A stretch of 64,000 nucleotides of DNA from Acidobacteriota bacterium (GTDB taxonomy: Bacteria; Actinomycetota; AC-67): positions 568-64,567 of the forward strand of contig JACQXY010000008.1 of NCBI GenBank assembly GCA_016208485.1, written 5' to 3'. The position numbers were made by a program, and so were the translations under genes. The first letter of the stretch is position 1, and every line of letters starts with the position of its first letter. Under the pieces are notes generated by a model. It was not told the origin of the DNA. It ran no database searches and worked only from the letters and a program-made list of their open reading frames with translations. Below, in pieces: positions 30,014 to 40,160 of this stretch.

Positions 30014-32488
30014 ATGAGGGGAACTATGTGGTCTGGAGGAACCGCTCAGGGTTGGCACGTTCTCCGGGGCGACGCAGCAACGGGGCCCTTCATGTGGGAG
30101 GAGATGTGTGACTCGGCGCGCGCTGGGAGTATCTCCCCGGACGACCTGGTGTGGCACGAGACGCTGCCCGACTGGGTGCCGGCCTCGACGATCCCCGGGT
30201 TGATCCCAGATGCGGTGCCGACCACCGCCCCCGATCTGCAAGCAACTCCCGCGGCGACAGGTCAGGCGGCCGTCCCCCATGTCCCAAAGGTGAAGGGGCC
30301 CAAGCGCCGGAAGCTCGGACGCAGAGCAGTTGCGGCGCTGGTGGCCCTCCTCCTGATCGGAGGAGGGATCGTGTACCTGCGCTCGGGCGGCGACTCCGGG
30401 TCGGGGCTCGGCCGCGTTTCCTACACGGCGCCCCGGCCGGGCGACGTGATGGCGACCAGGGCGTGGGGCCGGGTCCCGATCAACCAGCTCGCCGTCGTGC
30501 TCGAGGACGGCCGCGGACGCGGGGACGCGGAGCGGGTCGCAAAGGCGCTCGGCGGCGCGGTCATCGGCGAGATGGAGTACGTCAACCTCTACCAACTGCG
30601 GGTCGCCGCCGCGAACGAGGCGGAGCTTGCCGGACGGCTCGAGCAGGCCCGGGCCGCGCGGGGCGTCGCGCTCGCGTTCCCCAACCAGGAGACCCGTCCC
30701 GACGAGGAGATCGGGGGAGAGCGGCAGAGCGCGCTCAACGAGCCGGTCTATCAGGGAGAGAACGGGAAGCCGTACGCCATGATCGGCGTGGAGCGGGCCT
30801 GGAACTACCTGCGCGGGGCCGGCATGACCATGAACGACGTGCAGGTCGGGGTCGTCGACAACGGGCTCTACCGCGGCCAGGACGAGTTCGGCGGGGACAC
30901 CCAGGTCGAGACCGCCGACGCCGGCGACGAGCTTGCCCAGGCCGATCAGAAGAAGGACGGGAAGCCGAAGCCGTACGGGAGCCACGGCACAGCCGTGACC
31001 GGGATCATCGCCGCCGACCCGGGCAACGGTGGACAGACCGGCGTGGCTTCGGTGCTGGGCAAGAAGCTCAAGGTGAGGATGACCAACATCTGGGGTCCGA
31101 AGTACGGTTCGAACACGCCCGCCGCCGCCGACCCCAACGATCCGACCAAGGTGACCTACGCGAGGGGCGGAGGGACCTTCGCGCTCGGGGATCTCCAAGC
31201 CCTGCAGGCGCAGGTCGAGGCCGGCTCGACGATCATCAACTGCTCCTGGGGCAACTCGGAGGCGAACCCCGAGACGGCGGCCGCATACCGGAAGTTCTTC
31301 CAGAAGATGGCCAAGGACCGGCCCGACGTCCTGTTCGTCGCCTCCGCGGGCAACGACGGCAAGGCGCTGGACGGAACGAAGCGGTACCCGAGCGGCCTCG
31401 CGCTGCCGAACATGATCACCGTCGGCGCCCTCGACAACGACGGTTCGCGCGTGGACTACAGCAACATGAAGAGCGACAATTTCGAGGTCACGCTCGCGGC
31501 CCCCGGCCACCGGGTCGTCTCGGGTGTGTCGGCCTCGGGCGAGGTCTCGAACTTCAACGGCGGGACGAGCTTCTCGACTCCCCAAGTCACGGCGGCCGCC
31601 TCGATGATGCGCTCGCTCAACCCGAAGCTCACCGCCGGCCAGATCAAGGCCATCCTGGTGGAGACGGCGGCTCCGGGGGTGACCGACGACGAGAAGCGGA
31701 TGAGCGTGCCGGTTCCCAAGTCCGTCGGCGCCGGGGTGCTGCGAGTGGACAAGGCGGTGCTCAGGGTGATCAACGATCTGCGGGCCGAGCGGAAGGAACC
31801 CCCGCTGGCCGAGGACTTCCTCGAGAACCTCGGCGTGATCGATGCGGTCGCCATCACCGGGGAGCCCGGCGAGTACGCGGTGAAGGGAATCGTCAAGGCC
31901 GTCGGTGAGGGCGGAACCGACGTCACGATCTCGCTCGCCGGCGAAGGCGCCATCGGAGGGACCACGACCCAGCACCTCGATGCCGCCGGCGAGACGCGCT
32001 GGAGCGTCACCTTGACGAAGGACACCGCCACCATCAGCGTGCGCCGCCTGGACAACGGCGCGGCGAGCGTGATCACCATCGAGGTCATCGACCTGAACGG
32101 GCACTGGGCCGGGACGTTCACGATCACGAAGATCGAGTTCGCCGCCGGCACCGCGGGGAAGGGCGGGGTCCCCGGGTTGCTCAGGGCGTTGATAGGGAAG
32201 GCCGTCCCCATGACGCTCGACGTCACGGCGGATGTGGGAGGGGGCGGCTCGGTCACCCTGGCCGTCTCAGGGTTCGGGGGCGTCAAGGGCTCGCTGGAGA
32301 CGGGTCCCCTCCAGTGGAGCGGGAACAGCCTGAGCTTCTCTACGCAGGGCGTTACCACCTGGAAGGGGCGCGCCAGCCGAGAAGGTGACGCCGAGGTGAT
32401 CACTGGAACCACCGAGGGTCCCGCAGCCTTCGTGGGCGGCCGCACGATCGGCATGGCGCGCGCGATCTGGAAGGCCGCAAGGTCGTAG
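30014..32488 (+). CDS. GYF_2 domain - TM - S8 subtilisin-like serine protease
   Basis: GYF_2 (WHV..GPF..DDLVWHETLPDW), one TM, catalytic VVDNG / SHGTAV / SAGND / GTSFS. Confidence 0.85.
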   Translation: MRGTMWSGGTAQGWHVLRGDAATGPFMWEEMCDSARAGSISPDDLVWHETLPDWVPASTIPGLIPDAVPTTAPDLQATPAATGQAAVPHVPKVKGPKRRKLGRRAVAALVALLLIGGGIVYLRSGGDSGSGLGRVSYTAPRPGDVMATRAWGRVPINQLAVVLEDGRGRGDAERVAKALGGAVIGEMEYVNLYQLRVAAANEAELAGRLEQARAARGVALAFPNQETRPDEEIGGERQSALNEPVYQGENGKPYAMIGVERAWNYLRGAGMTMNDVQVGVVDNGLYRGQDEFGGDTQVETADAGDELAQADQKKDGKPKPYGSHGTAVTGIIAADPGNGGQTGVASVLGKKLKVRMTNIWGPKYGSNTPAAADPNDPTKVTYARGGGTFALGDLQALQAQVEAGSTIINCSWGNSEANPETAAAYRKFFQKMAKDRPDVLFVASAGNDGKALDGTKRYPSGLALPNMITVGALDNDGSRVDYSNMKSDNFEVTLAAPGHRVVSGVSASGEVSNFNGGTSFSTPQVTAAASMMRSLNPKLTAGQIKAILVETAAPGVTDDEKRMSVPVPKSVGAGVLRVDKAVLRVINDLRAERKEPPLAEDFLENLGVIDAVAITGEPGEYAVKGIVKAVGEGGTDVTISLAGEGAIGGTTTQHLDAAGETRWSVTLTKDTATISVRRLDNGAASVITIEVIDLNGHWAGTFTITKIEFAAGTAGKGGVPGLLRALIGKAVPMTLDVTADVGGGGSVTLAVSGFGGVKGSLETGPLQWSGNSLSFSTQGVTTWKGRASREGDAEVITGTTEGPAAFVGGRTIGMARAIWKAARS

Positions 32489-32588
32489 CCAGCACTCGAT
32501 CGGCAGGCGGCCTCGCCGTCGCTCGGGCACCGGGCCCCAGACCCTGGACGGACGCCACGGCTGTGGTGACCGGCGTGGAACCGGCGCG

Positions 32589-33677
32589 TCAGGCGCGCGC
32601 CGGCTCGGCCGGGAAGCGCCGGAGCGCCCCGGCGATCGCCCCGGCGAGGCGCGCGACGAAGGCGGGATCGGAGAGCAGACTCTCCTCCTCGGGGTTCGTG
32701 AGGAATCCGGGCTCGACCTGCACGGCAGGCATTCGCGTTTCCCGGAGCACCGCGAAGGTCTTCGGGTGCGCGCCGGCGTGGGTCAGGCCGAGCGCGGCGG
32801 CTTCGTCGAGGATGGTCTCGGCGAGCCGGCGGCCGGCCGCGGACTCCCAGCGCTCGTTGCCGTAGAAATAGACGGCGGCTCCGCCGGCGCGCGGATCCTC
32901 CGCCCCGCCGGCGTGCAGCGCGATGTACAGGTCGGCGCCGACCCGCTGCGCGAGGGCCGCGCGCTCGTGCTCCGACGGGCCCGCGTGCTCATCGCGGGTG
33001 AAGAAGACCGCGGCGCCGGAGGCCGCCAGCTCCGCCTCCAGCGCGAGCGCGAGGTCGAAGGCGAACCGGTCCTCGCGCAGCCCGCTCGGGCCCGACCGGC
33101 CGTGGTCGGCGCCTCCGTGGCCTGGATCGAGGACGAGCCGCATGCCGGCGAGGGTCTGTGGGAGCCGGCGGAGCGCCTCGCGCTCGCGGATGTGGGCGAC
33201 CGGCGTCTCGCCGGCACGGGCGGGGAGGCCCTTCAGCGCGCGGACGGTGAAGTCGCCGAGGATGCCGTCGGCCGGCAGGCCGTAGTTCGCCTGGAACTCC
33301 CTCAGCGCGCGGGTCGCCTGCGGGCCGAAGATCCCGTCCACGCGCCCGGCGTCGAAGCCGAGCGCGGAGAGACGCGCCTGGAGGTCGCGCACGTCGTCGC
33401 CGCGGAGCTGGGGCGAGCGAAGGTACAAGGTGCGGTCGCCGAGCTTCCAGGATGCCTCGACCAGCTCGCGCCAGGTATCCCGTCCGACGATCCCGTCCAC
33501 GACGAGCCCGCGGCGTTGCTGGAACTCCCGCACCGCTCGCTCGGTCGAGGGGCCGAACGCGCCGCGCTCGTCGGCGTCGATCGCCGAGCCGAGCGCGAGG
33601 AGCCGCGCCTGGAGGTCGCGGACCGCGTCGCCGCGATGTCCGCCGCGCAGGAGGAGGGGTGGGGGGCGCTCGGCCAC
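32589..33677 (-). CDS. cwlM: CwlM-like PG-binding + N-acetylmuramoyl-L-alanine amidase
   Basis: Two PG_binding_1 repeats (DGIVGRDT, DGIFGPQT), DPGHGG, ALHA, VEPGFLTN. Downstream of trxA. Confidence 0.88.
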   Translation of the reverse strand: MAERPPPLLLRGGHRGDAVRDLQARLLALGSAIDADERGAFGPSTERAVREFQQRRGLVVDGIVGRDTWRELVEASWKLGDRTLYLRSPQLRGDDVRDLQARLSALGFDAGRVDGIFGPQATRALREFQANYGLPADGILGDFTVRALKGLPARAGETPVAHIREREALRRLPQTLAGMRLVLDPGHGGADHGRSGPSGLREDRFAFDLALALEAELAASGAAVFFTRDEHAGPSEHERAALAQRVGADLYIALHAGGAEDPRAGGAAVYFYGNERWESAAGRRLAETILDEAAALGLTHAGAHPKTFAVLRETRMPAVQVEPGFLTNPEEESLLSDPAFVARLAGAIAGALRRFPAEPARA

Positions 33678-33691
33678 GCGCCCATTGTGCC

Positions 33692-34048
33692 TTACCCGGC
33701 GGCCGTAGACGACCCGGGGGTTGCCAGGAACTCCTCGATCTCGCCCAGGATCTTGGCCTTGCCGCGCGCGCCGACGATCCGGCGCTTCTCGGCGCCGTTC
33801 ACGAACAGCAGCATCGAGGGGATGGACATGATCCCGTACTGGCGCGCGGTCTCGGGGCTCGAGTCGACGTCGAGCTTCGCCACGACGAGCGAGCCCTTCT
33901 TCTCTGCCGCGATCTCCTCGAGGGTGGGAGCCACCATGTGGCAGGGTCCGCACCAATCCGCCCAGAAGTCGACCAGGACCGGCCCCTCGCTCTTCAGGAC
34001 CTTGGCCTCGAAATCGTCGTCGCTCACCTGGATCGTCGCGCCTGCCAA
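33692..34048 (-). CDS. trxA: thioredoxin
   Basis: VDFWADWCGPC. GGAGG before TTG. Confidence 0.95.
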   Translation of the reverse strand: MAGATIQVSDDDFEAKVLKSEGPVLVDFWADWCGPCHMVAPTLEEIAAEKKGSLVVAKLDVDSSPETARQYGIMSIPSMLLFVNGAEKRRIVGARGKAKILGEIEEFLATPGSSTAAG

Positions 34049-34344
34049 CGTTCGCACCTCCATGTTGATCGGGGACCACACCTTCGCCTCTGGCGCGATG
34101 AGACTACCGCATCGCCGCCAGTCATAAACGCCCAGGTCGCTCGGGGTATTCCGCGCCCGAAGAAGGATTCCGCGCGGGAGAAAGGGCGAGCATGGGGGCT
34201 GGAAGCTGTTGTTCGGCGAGTGGGCCGAGTTCGTCGAGGCGAAGGTCGGGCTCGAGGTCTTGGCCCGCCCCGCGCCGGCCGGGGAGGATTCCGACCCTCC
34301 GGTAGCGAATACCCCTCCAACCGCTCGCACCCAGGGAGGAACTC

Positions 34345-36168
34345 ATGAGAAGGATCCTGCTTATCGCGCTTCTGGTGGCCATGGTGCCCGTGACCGGCGG
34401 GTTGGGACGGGCCGCACCGCCACCGGCCGGCCCCATGCAGTACGTGGCTGTGGACGACGGGACGGAGATCGCGGTCCGGCTCTGCTACCCGGACGGCTAC
34501 GTCGAAGGCACCAAGTACCCAGCGCTCGTCCAGATCGATGGATACGGCGGGGCAGCGTCCCTGAACAGTAACTGCTACGCCGGGATGCATGACTACGTGT
34601 CGGTGGCGATATCGCTCCGGGGCACCGGCTGCTCGGGTGGTCAGCTGTCGCTGTTCGGCGACCGGTCCTCCCAGGACGGCGCGTGGATCATCGACAACTG
34701 GATCCCGAGCCAGGGATGGTCGAACGGCAAGGTCGGCATCATCGGCCACTCCTACGGCGGCCTCACCGGCTTCCTCGTCGCGTCGTTCGCGACGACCGAA
34801 CACCTTAAGGCCGTGGCGGTCTCGGGCCTCATCGATGACTTCTACCGCGGCATCGTCTATCCGGGTGGGGTGCTGAACTACGGTTTTCCGCTCCTTTGGG
34901 GGGCGGGGCTCCGGCCCTTCGCCGAGCACATGGCCAACGCGTCATTCATCGCGAGCGATTCGCACTGCGCCGCCAACTACGCCCAGCACCAAGGCTCGGA
35001 CGCGGCGCCGACGCCGGACCTCCTGCTAGGGACGTACGGCTCACCGTTCACGAGGGATCCGGTGACCGGCGCCGACGCGTGGGGGATCACCCACAGCCTC
35101 CTTGCGCATGAGAAGAACATCAAGGCGCCGATGGAGCTTGGCCAGCAGTACCAGGACGAGCAGACCGGTCCGCGTGGCGGCCATGTCCTGTGGGAGAACA
35201 TCCCGGCCGGAGTGCCGAAGCGCATCGTGATCTCGACGGGACGCCACAACCCGAGCGCTTCGGTGGGCACCAAGATGGACTGGCTCGACTGCTGGATCCT
35301 CAAGGATGGCCAGGACTGCGGCGATGCGACTGACCCTGCAAAGCGAGTGATGCTGTACTTCGAGTCGGAGGGCAACGACCGGCTGGCGCCGTACTTCGCG
35401 AGCGACTGGCCCCTCCCCGGAACCGACTGGGAGCGCTACAAGCTCTGCGCCGGCGGCACCCTCGTGGAGAGGAGCGCGGCGACCACGGCCTGTGACGGCG
35501 AGGTCTCGTATGCATCCACCGGCGCCGGTCGGCACATGACGGGCGACCTCGGGCAGGCGGTGTCGAACCCTGCCCCGCTCGCGCCCTACGGCTTCACAAC
35601 CGGGTTGCCGGACACCGCGCGGTACACGCTCGATTTCAGCCAGGACACCGCGCTCGCGGGCCCGCTCGAGCTTTCGCTCTGGGCGAAGCTGTCGTCGCCG
35701 GACGGCAACTTCTGGGCGGAGGTCCTGGACCTGGACACTTCGACGGGTGCGACGACCTTCGTGCAGCGAGGCCTGCTCCGTGGGGCGGCTAACGGCGGTT
35801 TCGACGAGTCGAGGTCGCAGAAGACGCCGGGCGGAGAGATCTACCGGCCGTACTACTCCTACGCCGGCCTGACTCCGATCGTGCCGGAGTCGCCGACCAA
35901 GTTCGAGATCGAGATCTTCCCGCTCGGCCACGTGTGGCGAGCCGGGCACCAGTTGGTGCTGCAGCTCCACGCTCCGCCGGCGAACGACCCGATCTCCACC
36001 TACGCCTACGAGCCGACGACGCCGGGCGTGGTCACGATCCTCCAGGACGCCGACCACCCGACGACTCTGCTGCTGCCGTTCATGCCGACGCTCCCCCCGC
36101 ACCGGGCCACCGCGCCCGCGTGTGGTGCGGTCAACGGCGAGGTGTGTGTGACGCCGGCGCTCGGCTGA
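34345..36168 (+). CDS. secreted CocE/NonD (S15) alpha/beta hydrolase
   Basis: Signal peptide, DGTEIAV, RGTGCSGG, WSNGKVGIIGHSYGG, PepX_C-like C-terminus. Confidence 0.88.
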   Translation: MRRILLIALLVAMVPVTGGLGRAAPPPAGPMQYVAVDDGTEIAVRLCYPDGYVEGTKYPALVQIDGYGGAASLNSNCYAGMHDYVSVAISLRGTGCSGGQLSLFGDRSSQDGAWIIDNWIPSQGWSNGKVGIIGHSYGGLTGFLVASFATTEHLKAVAVSGLIDDFYRGIVYPGGVLNYGFPLLWGAGLRPFAEHMANASFIASDSHCAANYAQHQGSDAAPTPDLLLGTYGSPFTRDPVTGADAWGITHSLLAHEKNIKAPMELGQQYQDEQTGPRGGHVLWENIPAGVPKRIVISTGRHNPSASVGTKMDWLDCWILKDGQDCGDATDPAKRVMLYFESEGNDRLAPYFASDWPLPGTDWERYKLCAGGTLVERSAATTACDGEVSYASTGAGRHMTGDLGQAVSNPAPLAPYGFTTGLPDTARYTLDFSQDTALAGPLELSLWAKLSSPDGNFWAEVLDLDTSTGATTFVQRGLLRGAANGGFDESRSQKTPGGEIYRPYYSYAGLTPIVPESPTKFEIEIFPLGHVWRAGHQLVLQLHAPPANDPISTYAYEPTTPGVVTILQDADHPTTLLLPFMPTLPPHRATAPACGAVNGEVCVTPALG

Positions 36169-36345
36169 GCTTCGGGGTGCCGGCGGCCCGGCCCTATGGG
36201 TGAGGCGCGGCCGGACTCGCGCGCCGGTTGTCCGCTCTGCCCTCGCCCGGCGAGCATCCCTGGACTTGTTGCATCCCCTGGAGTAGTTGCGCAAGAGACT
36301 GTCAGGTATCCTTGCGAAACAGGTGGGGATTGGAAAGGAAGACCG

Positions 36346-37464
36346 GTGCGGGGGCGAACGGTCAAGGTGCCGTGGCAGGGACGGAACGTCGAAGCGTACG
36401 TTCCTCCGCTCGTCTCACGCCTCGCGCCGGCACTCACACCACGCACGATCCGCCAAACGGAGCGAGCCGCGGCGGCCGTCGTCCGTCTGGGCGACAGGGA
36501 GGCCGCCGGGCTGGGGCCGGCCGCGCGTCTTCTCTTGCGGTCCGAAGGTCTCGCGTCCAGCTTCATCGAGGGTGTGCGAGCGAGCGTCGCCGACGTCGCC
36601 GTCGCCGAGGCGGACGAGGCGATCGGTGGCGCGCCCGGCTGGGTCGCGGACAATCTCGCCGCGGTCGGTGAGGCGCTCGGAGACCGGGGGCCGCTGACGG
36701 CCGGCGCCCTCAAGAGATGGCACAGGCGCCTGATGCGCAACAGCGGCTTGGAACCCAACCTCATCGGGCGGTGGCGCGACCGTCAGGGCTGGATCGGCGG
36801 CGCGAGCCCGCTCGTGGCCGCCTACGTTCCGCCGCCCGCCGAGAGAATCGACCGCCTGATGTCGGATCTCATCGCCTTCGCCGGACGCGAAGACCTGGAC
36901 CCGATCACGCTCGCGGCGGTCCTGCACGCTCAGTTCGAGACCATCCATCCTTTCGCGGACGGCAACGGACGCGTCGGCCGGATCCTCATCGCATGGACGC
37001 TCAAGCGACGGATGCGCGTGCCGGTTCCTCCCCCCGTGTCGGTGCAGTTCGCGCGAGACATCGGCGGCTATCTCTCGGGCCTGACGATGTACCGGCGAGG
37101 GGCGATCGACCGGTGGGTCGGCTGGTTTGCCGGAGAGGTGGAGCGCGCGGCGGCGGTGAGCGGAGGGACCCTGGAGTCGGTTGAGGAGCTCCGCGCGGAT
37201 TGGCGCCGCCGGCTGGCCGACGTCCGGCGCGACGCGGCCGCGGTGAGGATCGTGGATCACTTGATCGAGCATCCCGTGATGAATGCCGGAGTCGTCGCAG
37301 GCCTGCTCCACGTCAGCGAGCAAGCGGGCCGAGCGGCCCTGAACCTGCTCGGCGCCAGGGGCATCGTCTCGGAGGTCCGGATCCAGCCCGCCGAGCGGGT
37401 TCGCCCGGGACGGCCGCACCGTTGGTGGGTCGCCGGGGAGCTGCTCGGCCTTCTCGGACGGTGA
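36346..37464 (+). CDS. Fic family protein (class II, internal inhibitory helix)
   Basis: HPFADGNGRVGR and SSFIEG inhibitory motif. Confidence 0.92.
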   Translation: MRGRTVKVPWQGRNVEAYVPPLVSRLAPALTPRTIRQTERAAAAVVRLGDREAAGLGPAARLLLRSEGLASSFIEGVRASVADVAVAEADEAIGGAPGWVADNLAAVGEALGDRGPLTAGALKRWHRRLMRNSGLEPNLIGRWRDRQGWIGGASPLVAAYVPPPAERIDRLMSDLIAFAGREDLDPITLAAVLHAQFETIHPFADGNGRVGRILIAWTLKRRMRVPVPPPVSVQFARDIGGYLSGLTMYRRGAIDRWVGWFAGEVERAAAVSGGTLESVEELRADWRRRLADVRRDAAAVRIVDHLIEHPVMNAGVVAGLLHVSEQAGRAALNLLGARGIVSEVRIQPAERVRPGRPHRWWVAGELLGLLGR

Positions 37465-37521
37465 GGCGGGAGGTGCCTGCGGAGCGACCCCGCACCGGCC
37501 GCCGCCCCGCGCGCGGCGCGC

Positions 37522-38655
37522 TCAGATCGGCGTGCCGTGCGCCGCGATGCGCTCGAGGTCCAGCTCGACTCCGAGCCCGGGCGCTTGGGGAAGCGCGACG
37601 CAACCGTCGGGGTCGAGGCCGATCGGGCTCGCGAGCATCGCGTCGCGCGCCTCGGGGACCCAGCCGGGCGGGTCGTAGGGGTACTCGAGCAGCCCGCCCG
37701 GCGCGGCCGCGAGCACGTGGAGGTTCGCCGCCAGCCCGAGCCCGTTCGACCAGGTGTGCGGCGCGAAGCCGATCCGGGCCGCGCGCGCGAGCGTCGCGAT
37801 CTCGAGCGCCCCGGAGATGCCGCCGGTGAACGTCGCGTCGGGCTGGATGATGTCCACCGCCCCCCGCTCGATCATCTCGCGGCAGGGCCAGACGTCGCCG
37901 GCAAGCTCGCCGCCGGCGATCGGGGTGGTCGTGGCCGCGCGCAGCGCCTGGTAGCCGTCGAAGTCGAACTGGTCGAGCGGCTCCTCCAGCCAGGCGACTC
38001 CGAGCTCGACGTAGGCGCGCGCCGTGGCGAGCGCGCGCTCGAAGTCCCAGCGCGGGCCGTCGCCGAAGACGTCCACCCGCCAGCCCTGGTTGGCGTCGGC
38101 CGCGATACCGATCCCGCCGCCGACCGCGTCGCGCACGGCGCGAACCTCCGCGACGTCCTCGGCAACGGTCGCATGGCGCGGGCGGAGCTTGACCGCCTTG
38201 AAGCCGCGCTCGACCGCGGCGAGCGCGTCCTCGGCCCGCCGGCCCGGGTCGCGCAGCTCGCCGAACGAGGCATAGGCGGGGACGCGGTCGCAGGATCCTC
38301 CGAGGTACCGGTAGAGCGGCAGCCCGGCCGCCTTCGCCGCAAGATCGTAGATCGCGGTCTCGACGAACCAGACCCGCAGCCCGAGCACGCGCACCGCGCT
38401 CTCGAGGAGCGGCCGGATCTCGGCCGGCCGGGTGGGGTCGCGCCCGGTGAGGAAGGCGCGCATCAGGTTCACCGGTCCGCGCGCCTCGTCGGCGAAGGCG
38501 ATCCAGCCCGCGTACCCTTCGAGTCCCTCGTCGGTTGCCAGGCGGTAGATCACGCAGGAGTTGGCCCGGCTCGCGAGCCCCGGCACCCAAGACGGCGAGA
38601 ACGGCGCCGGCAGCGGGAAGTGACAGATCCAGGCGTCGATGCGCTCGATCTTCAT
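37522..38655 (-). CDS. mandelate racemase/muconate lactonizing enzyme family
   Basis: KAVKLR, ADANQG, WLEEP, AGGE, QPD, APH. Confidence 0.9.
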   Translation of the reverse strand: MKIERIDAWICHFPLPAPFSPSWVPGLASRANSCVIYRLATDEGLEGYAGWIAFADEARGPVNLMRAFLTGRDPTRPAEIRPLLESAVRVLGLRVWFVETAIYDLAAKAAGLPLYRYLGGSCDRVPAYASFGELRDPGRRAEDALAAVERGFKAVKLRPRHATVAEDVAEVRAVRDAVGGGIGIAADANQGWRVDVFGDGPRWDFERALATARAYVELGVAWLEEPLDQFDFDGYQALRAATTTPIAGGELAGDVWPCREMIERGAVDIIQPDATFTGGISGALEIATLARAARIGFAPHTWSNGLGLAANLHVLAAAPGGLLEYPYDPPGWVPEARDAMLASPIGLDPDGCVALPQAPGLGVELDLERIAAHGTPI

Positions 38656-38665
38656 GGCTGCCGGC

Positions 38666-39385
38666 TCAGACGCCGGCTGGTCGCGGCGGCTGCGGGGGAG
38701 GCGGGGTGAGGCCAAAGGCCGAAGGCAGCGGGACGCCGAGCCCCCGCAGGATCGCGTCCTCCATCGCGAGGTCATCCTCGAAGTGGCCGTTGCCGTCCAT
38801 CATCATGGCGTAGCGCCACCAGATCGTGAACAGCCCGAAGGTTATCACCGACAGGACGCAGTAGGCCGCGGTGCTCCGGTCGGGCACCGGGCTTCGGCGC
38901 TGCGGCACCGAGACCGGGTAGCCGAGCCGGGTCATGACCCACTCGGCGTTGGCGAAGTACGCCGACTCCCACTGGTCGTAGAAGCGGAGATCCTTGTTGA
39001 GGAAGTGGTTGATGTAGCCACCGACGATGCCGAAGACCAGGCGGAGGATCGTCCATAGGATCGGCTCGCGCATGTTCCTGCGTTCGAAGGCCTCCATCTC
39101 CGCGTGGACGCGCGAGAGGTTGTCGAGGCCGCCTGCGACCTCCGCCCTGCGCCCGAGCGACTCCGCACGCTGGTTGAGGGTGTGCCAAAGGTAGGACTGG
39201 ACGGCGAGGCGGCGCCGGATGTGCTCCTGGCGCCGCTGCACCAGGCGGTACGTTGCGTAGTGGGCGTAGATGCCGAAGGTGAGGATCGTCCAGCCGATGT
39301 AGGTCCCCCAGTCGAAGCGGTAGTCGGTGGTCTCCCGCCGGGCGGCCTCGGCCGCGAGGAGCTGGTCGTAGCTGAGCTGGCTCAT
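38666..39385 (-). CDS. DUF4234-like membrane protein
   Basis: Repeated ILTFGIY / VITFGLF...WW TM motifs. Confidence 0.65.
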   Translation of the reverse strand: MSQLSYDQLLAAEAARRETTDYRFDWGTYIGWTILTFGIYAHYATYRLVQRRQEHIRRRLAVQSYLWHTLNQRAESLGRRAEVAGGLDNLSRVHAEMEAFERRNMREPILWTILRLVFGIVGGYINHFLNKDLRFYDQWESAYFANAEWVMTRLGYPVSVPQRRSPVPDRSTAAYCVLSVITFGLFTIWWRYAMMMDGNGHFEDDLAMEDAILRGLGVPLPSAFGLTPPPPQPPRPAGV

Positions 39386-39477
39386 CCCGTCCGGTAGCCT
39401 CGGCCCTAGGGGCGCGCGTGTCAAGCAACAGGGCAGGCGCGCCGGCAGTGAAGGGCGCCGGCGAGTCGCGCCGGGGA

Positions 39478-39897
39478 TCAGGCGTCGGCCGGCAGGATCG
39501 TGAAGGCTCGGCCGCGGATGGGCCGGACGGCGCGGAAGTGGCGCTCGTCCAAGGTGAGGAGCCGCGTCGTGTGGTGGCGGGCGGCGAGCACGACGAGCGA
39601 CGCGTCGGCGAGCCCCAGCCCGAGGTCGCGGTACCTGCCGACGATCCGCGCAGCCGCTTCCACGTCGTCGGGTCCGAAGGGATCGAGTTGGTAGGCGCCC
39701 TCGACCACCTCGGCGAGCAGCGCCGACTCCGCGTCGGCCCCGACTCGCGTCGCCAGCAGGAAGTCCATCTCGGCGAGAACGAAGGGGGAGAGGATGAAGG
39801 GGCCCGGGTCTGCCTCGAGAGCTTCTCTCGCGGCCGAGTGCATGCGCTGCCCGGCGTCGATTGCGGCGAGGAGGCCGCTCGTGTCGAGGACGATCAC
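39478..39897 (-). CDS. VapC PIN toxin
   Basis: IVLDTSGLLA, LGLADASLV, LTLDERHF. Confidence 0.92.
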   Translation of the reverse strand: MIVLDTSGLLAAIDAGQRMHSAAREALEADPGPFILSPFVLAEMDFLLATRVGADAESALLAEVVEGAYQLDPFGPDDVEAAARIVGRYRDLGLGLADASLVVLAARHHTTRLLTLDERHFRAVRPIRGRAFTILPADA

Positions 39898-40115
39898 TCG
39901 CCGAAGCCCACCAGCGCCTCGTCCACCCTCTCGGCGAGGGTCGCCTCCCCGCTCGACGAGAACAGGGGCAGGCGCGGGCGGTTCGGTCGCTGGTTCTCGA
40001 CGAGACGGGCGACGGCCTCTCGGATCAGGTCCGCCTCGGTCCGTCCCCGGCGCCGCGCGAGCCGTGACAGTCCGCGCTTCAGCTCCTCCTGCAGGTACAC
40101 GGTGGTCTTGACCAT
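39894..40115 (-). CDS. CopG/RHH VapB antitoxin
   Basis: MVKTTVYL...EADLIREAV. GTGA overlap with vapC. Confidence 0.9.
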   Translation of the reverse strand: MVKTTVYLQEELKRGLSRLARRRGRTEADLIREAVARLVENQRPNRPRLPLFSSSGEATLAERVDEALVGFGE

Positions 40116-40160
40116 GGACGTATGGTACCACCTATAGTGCCATACGCGCGGGGAGTCTTC

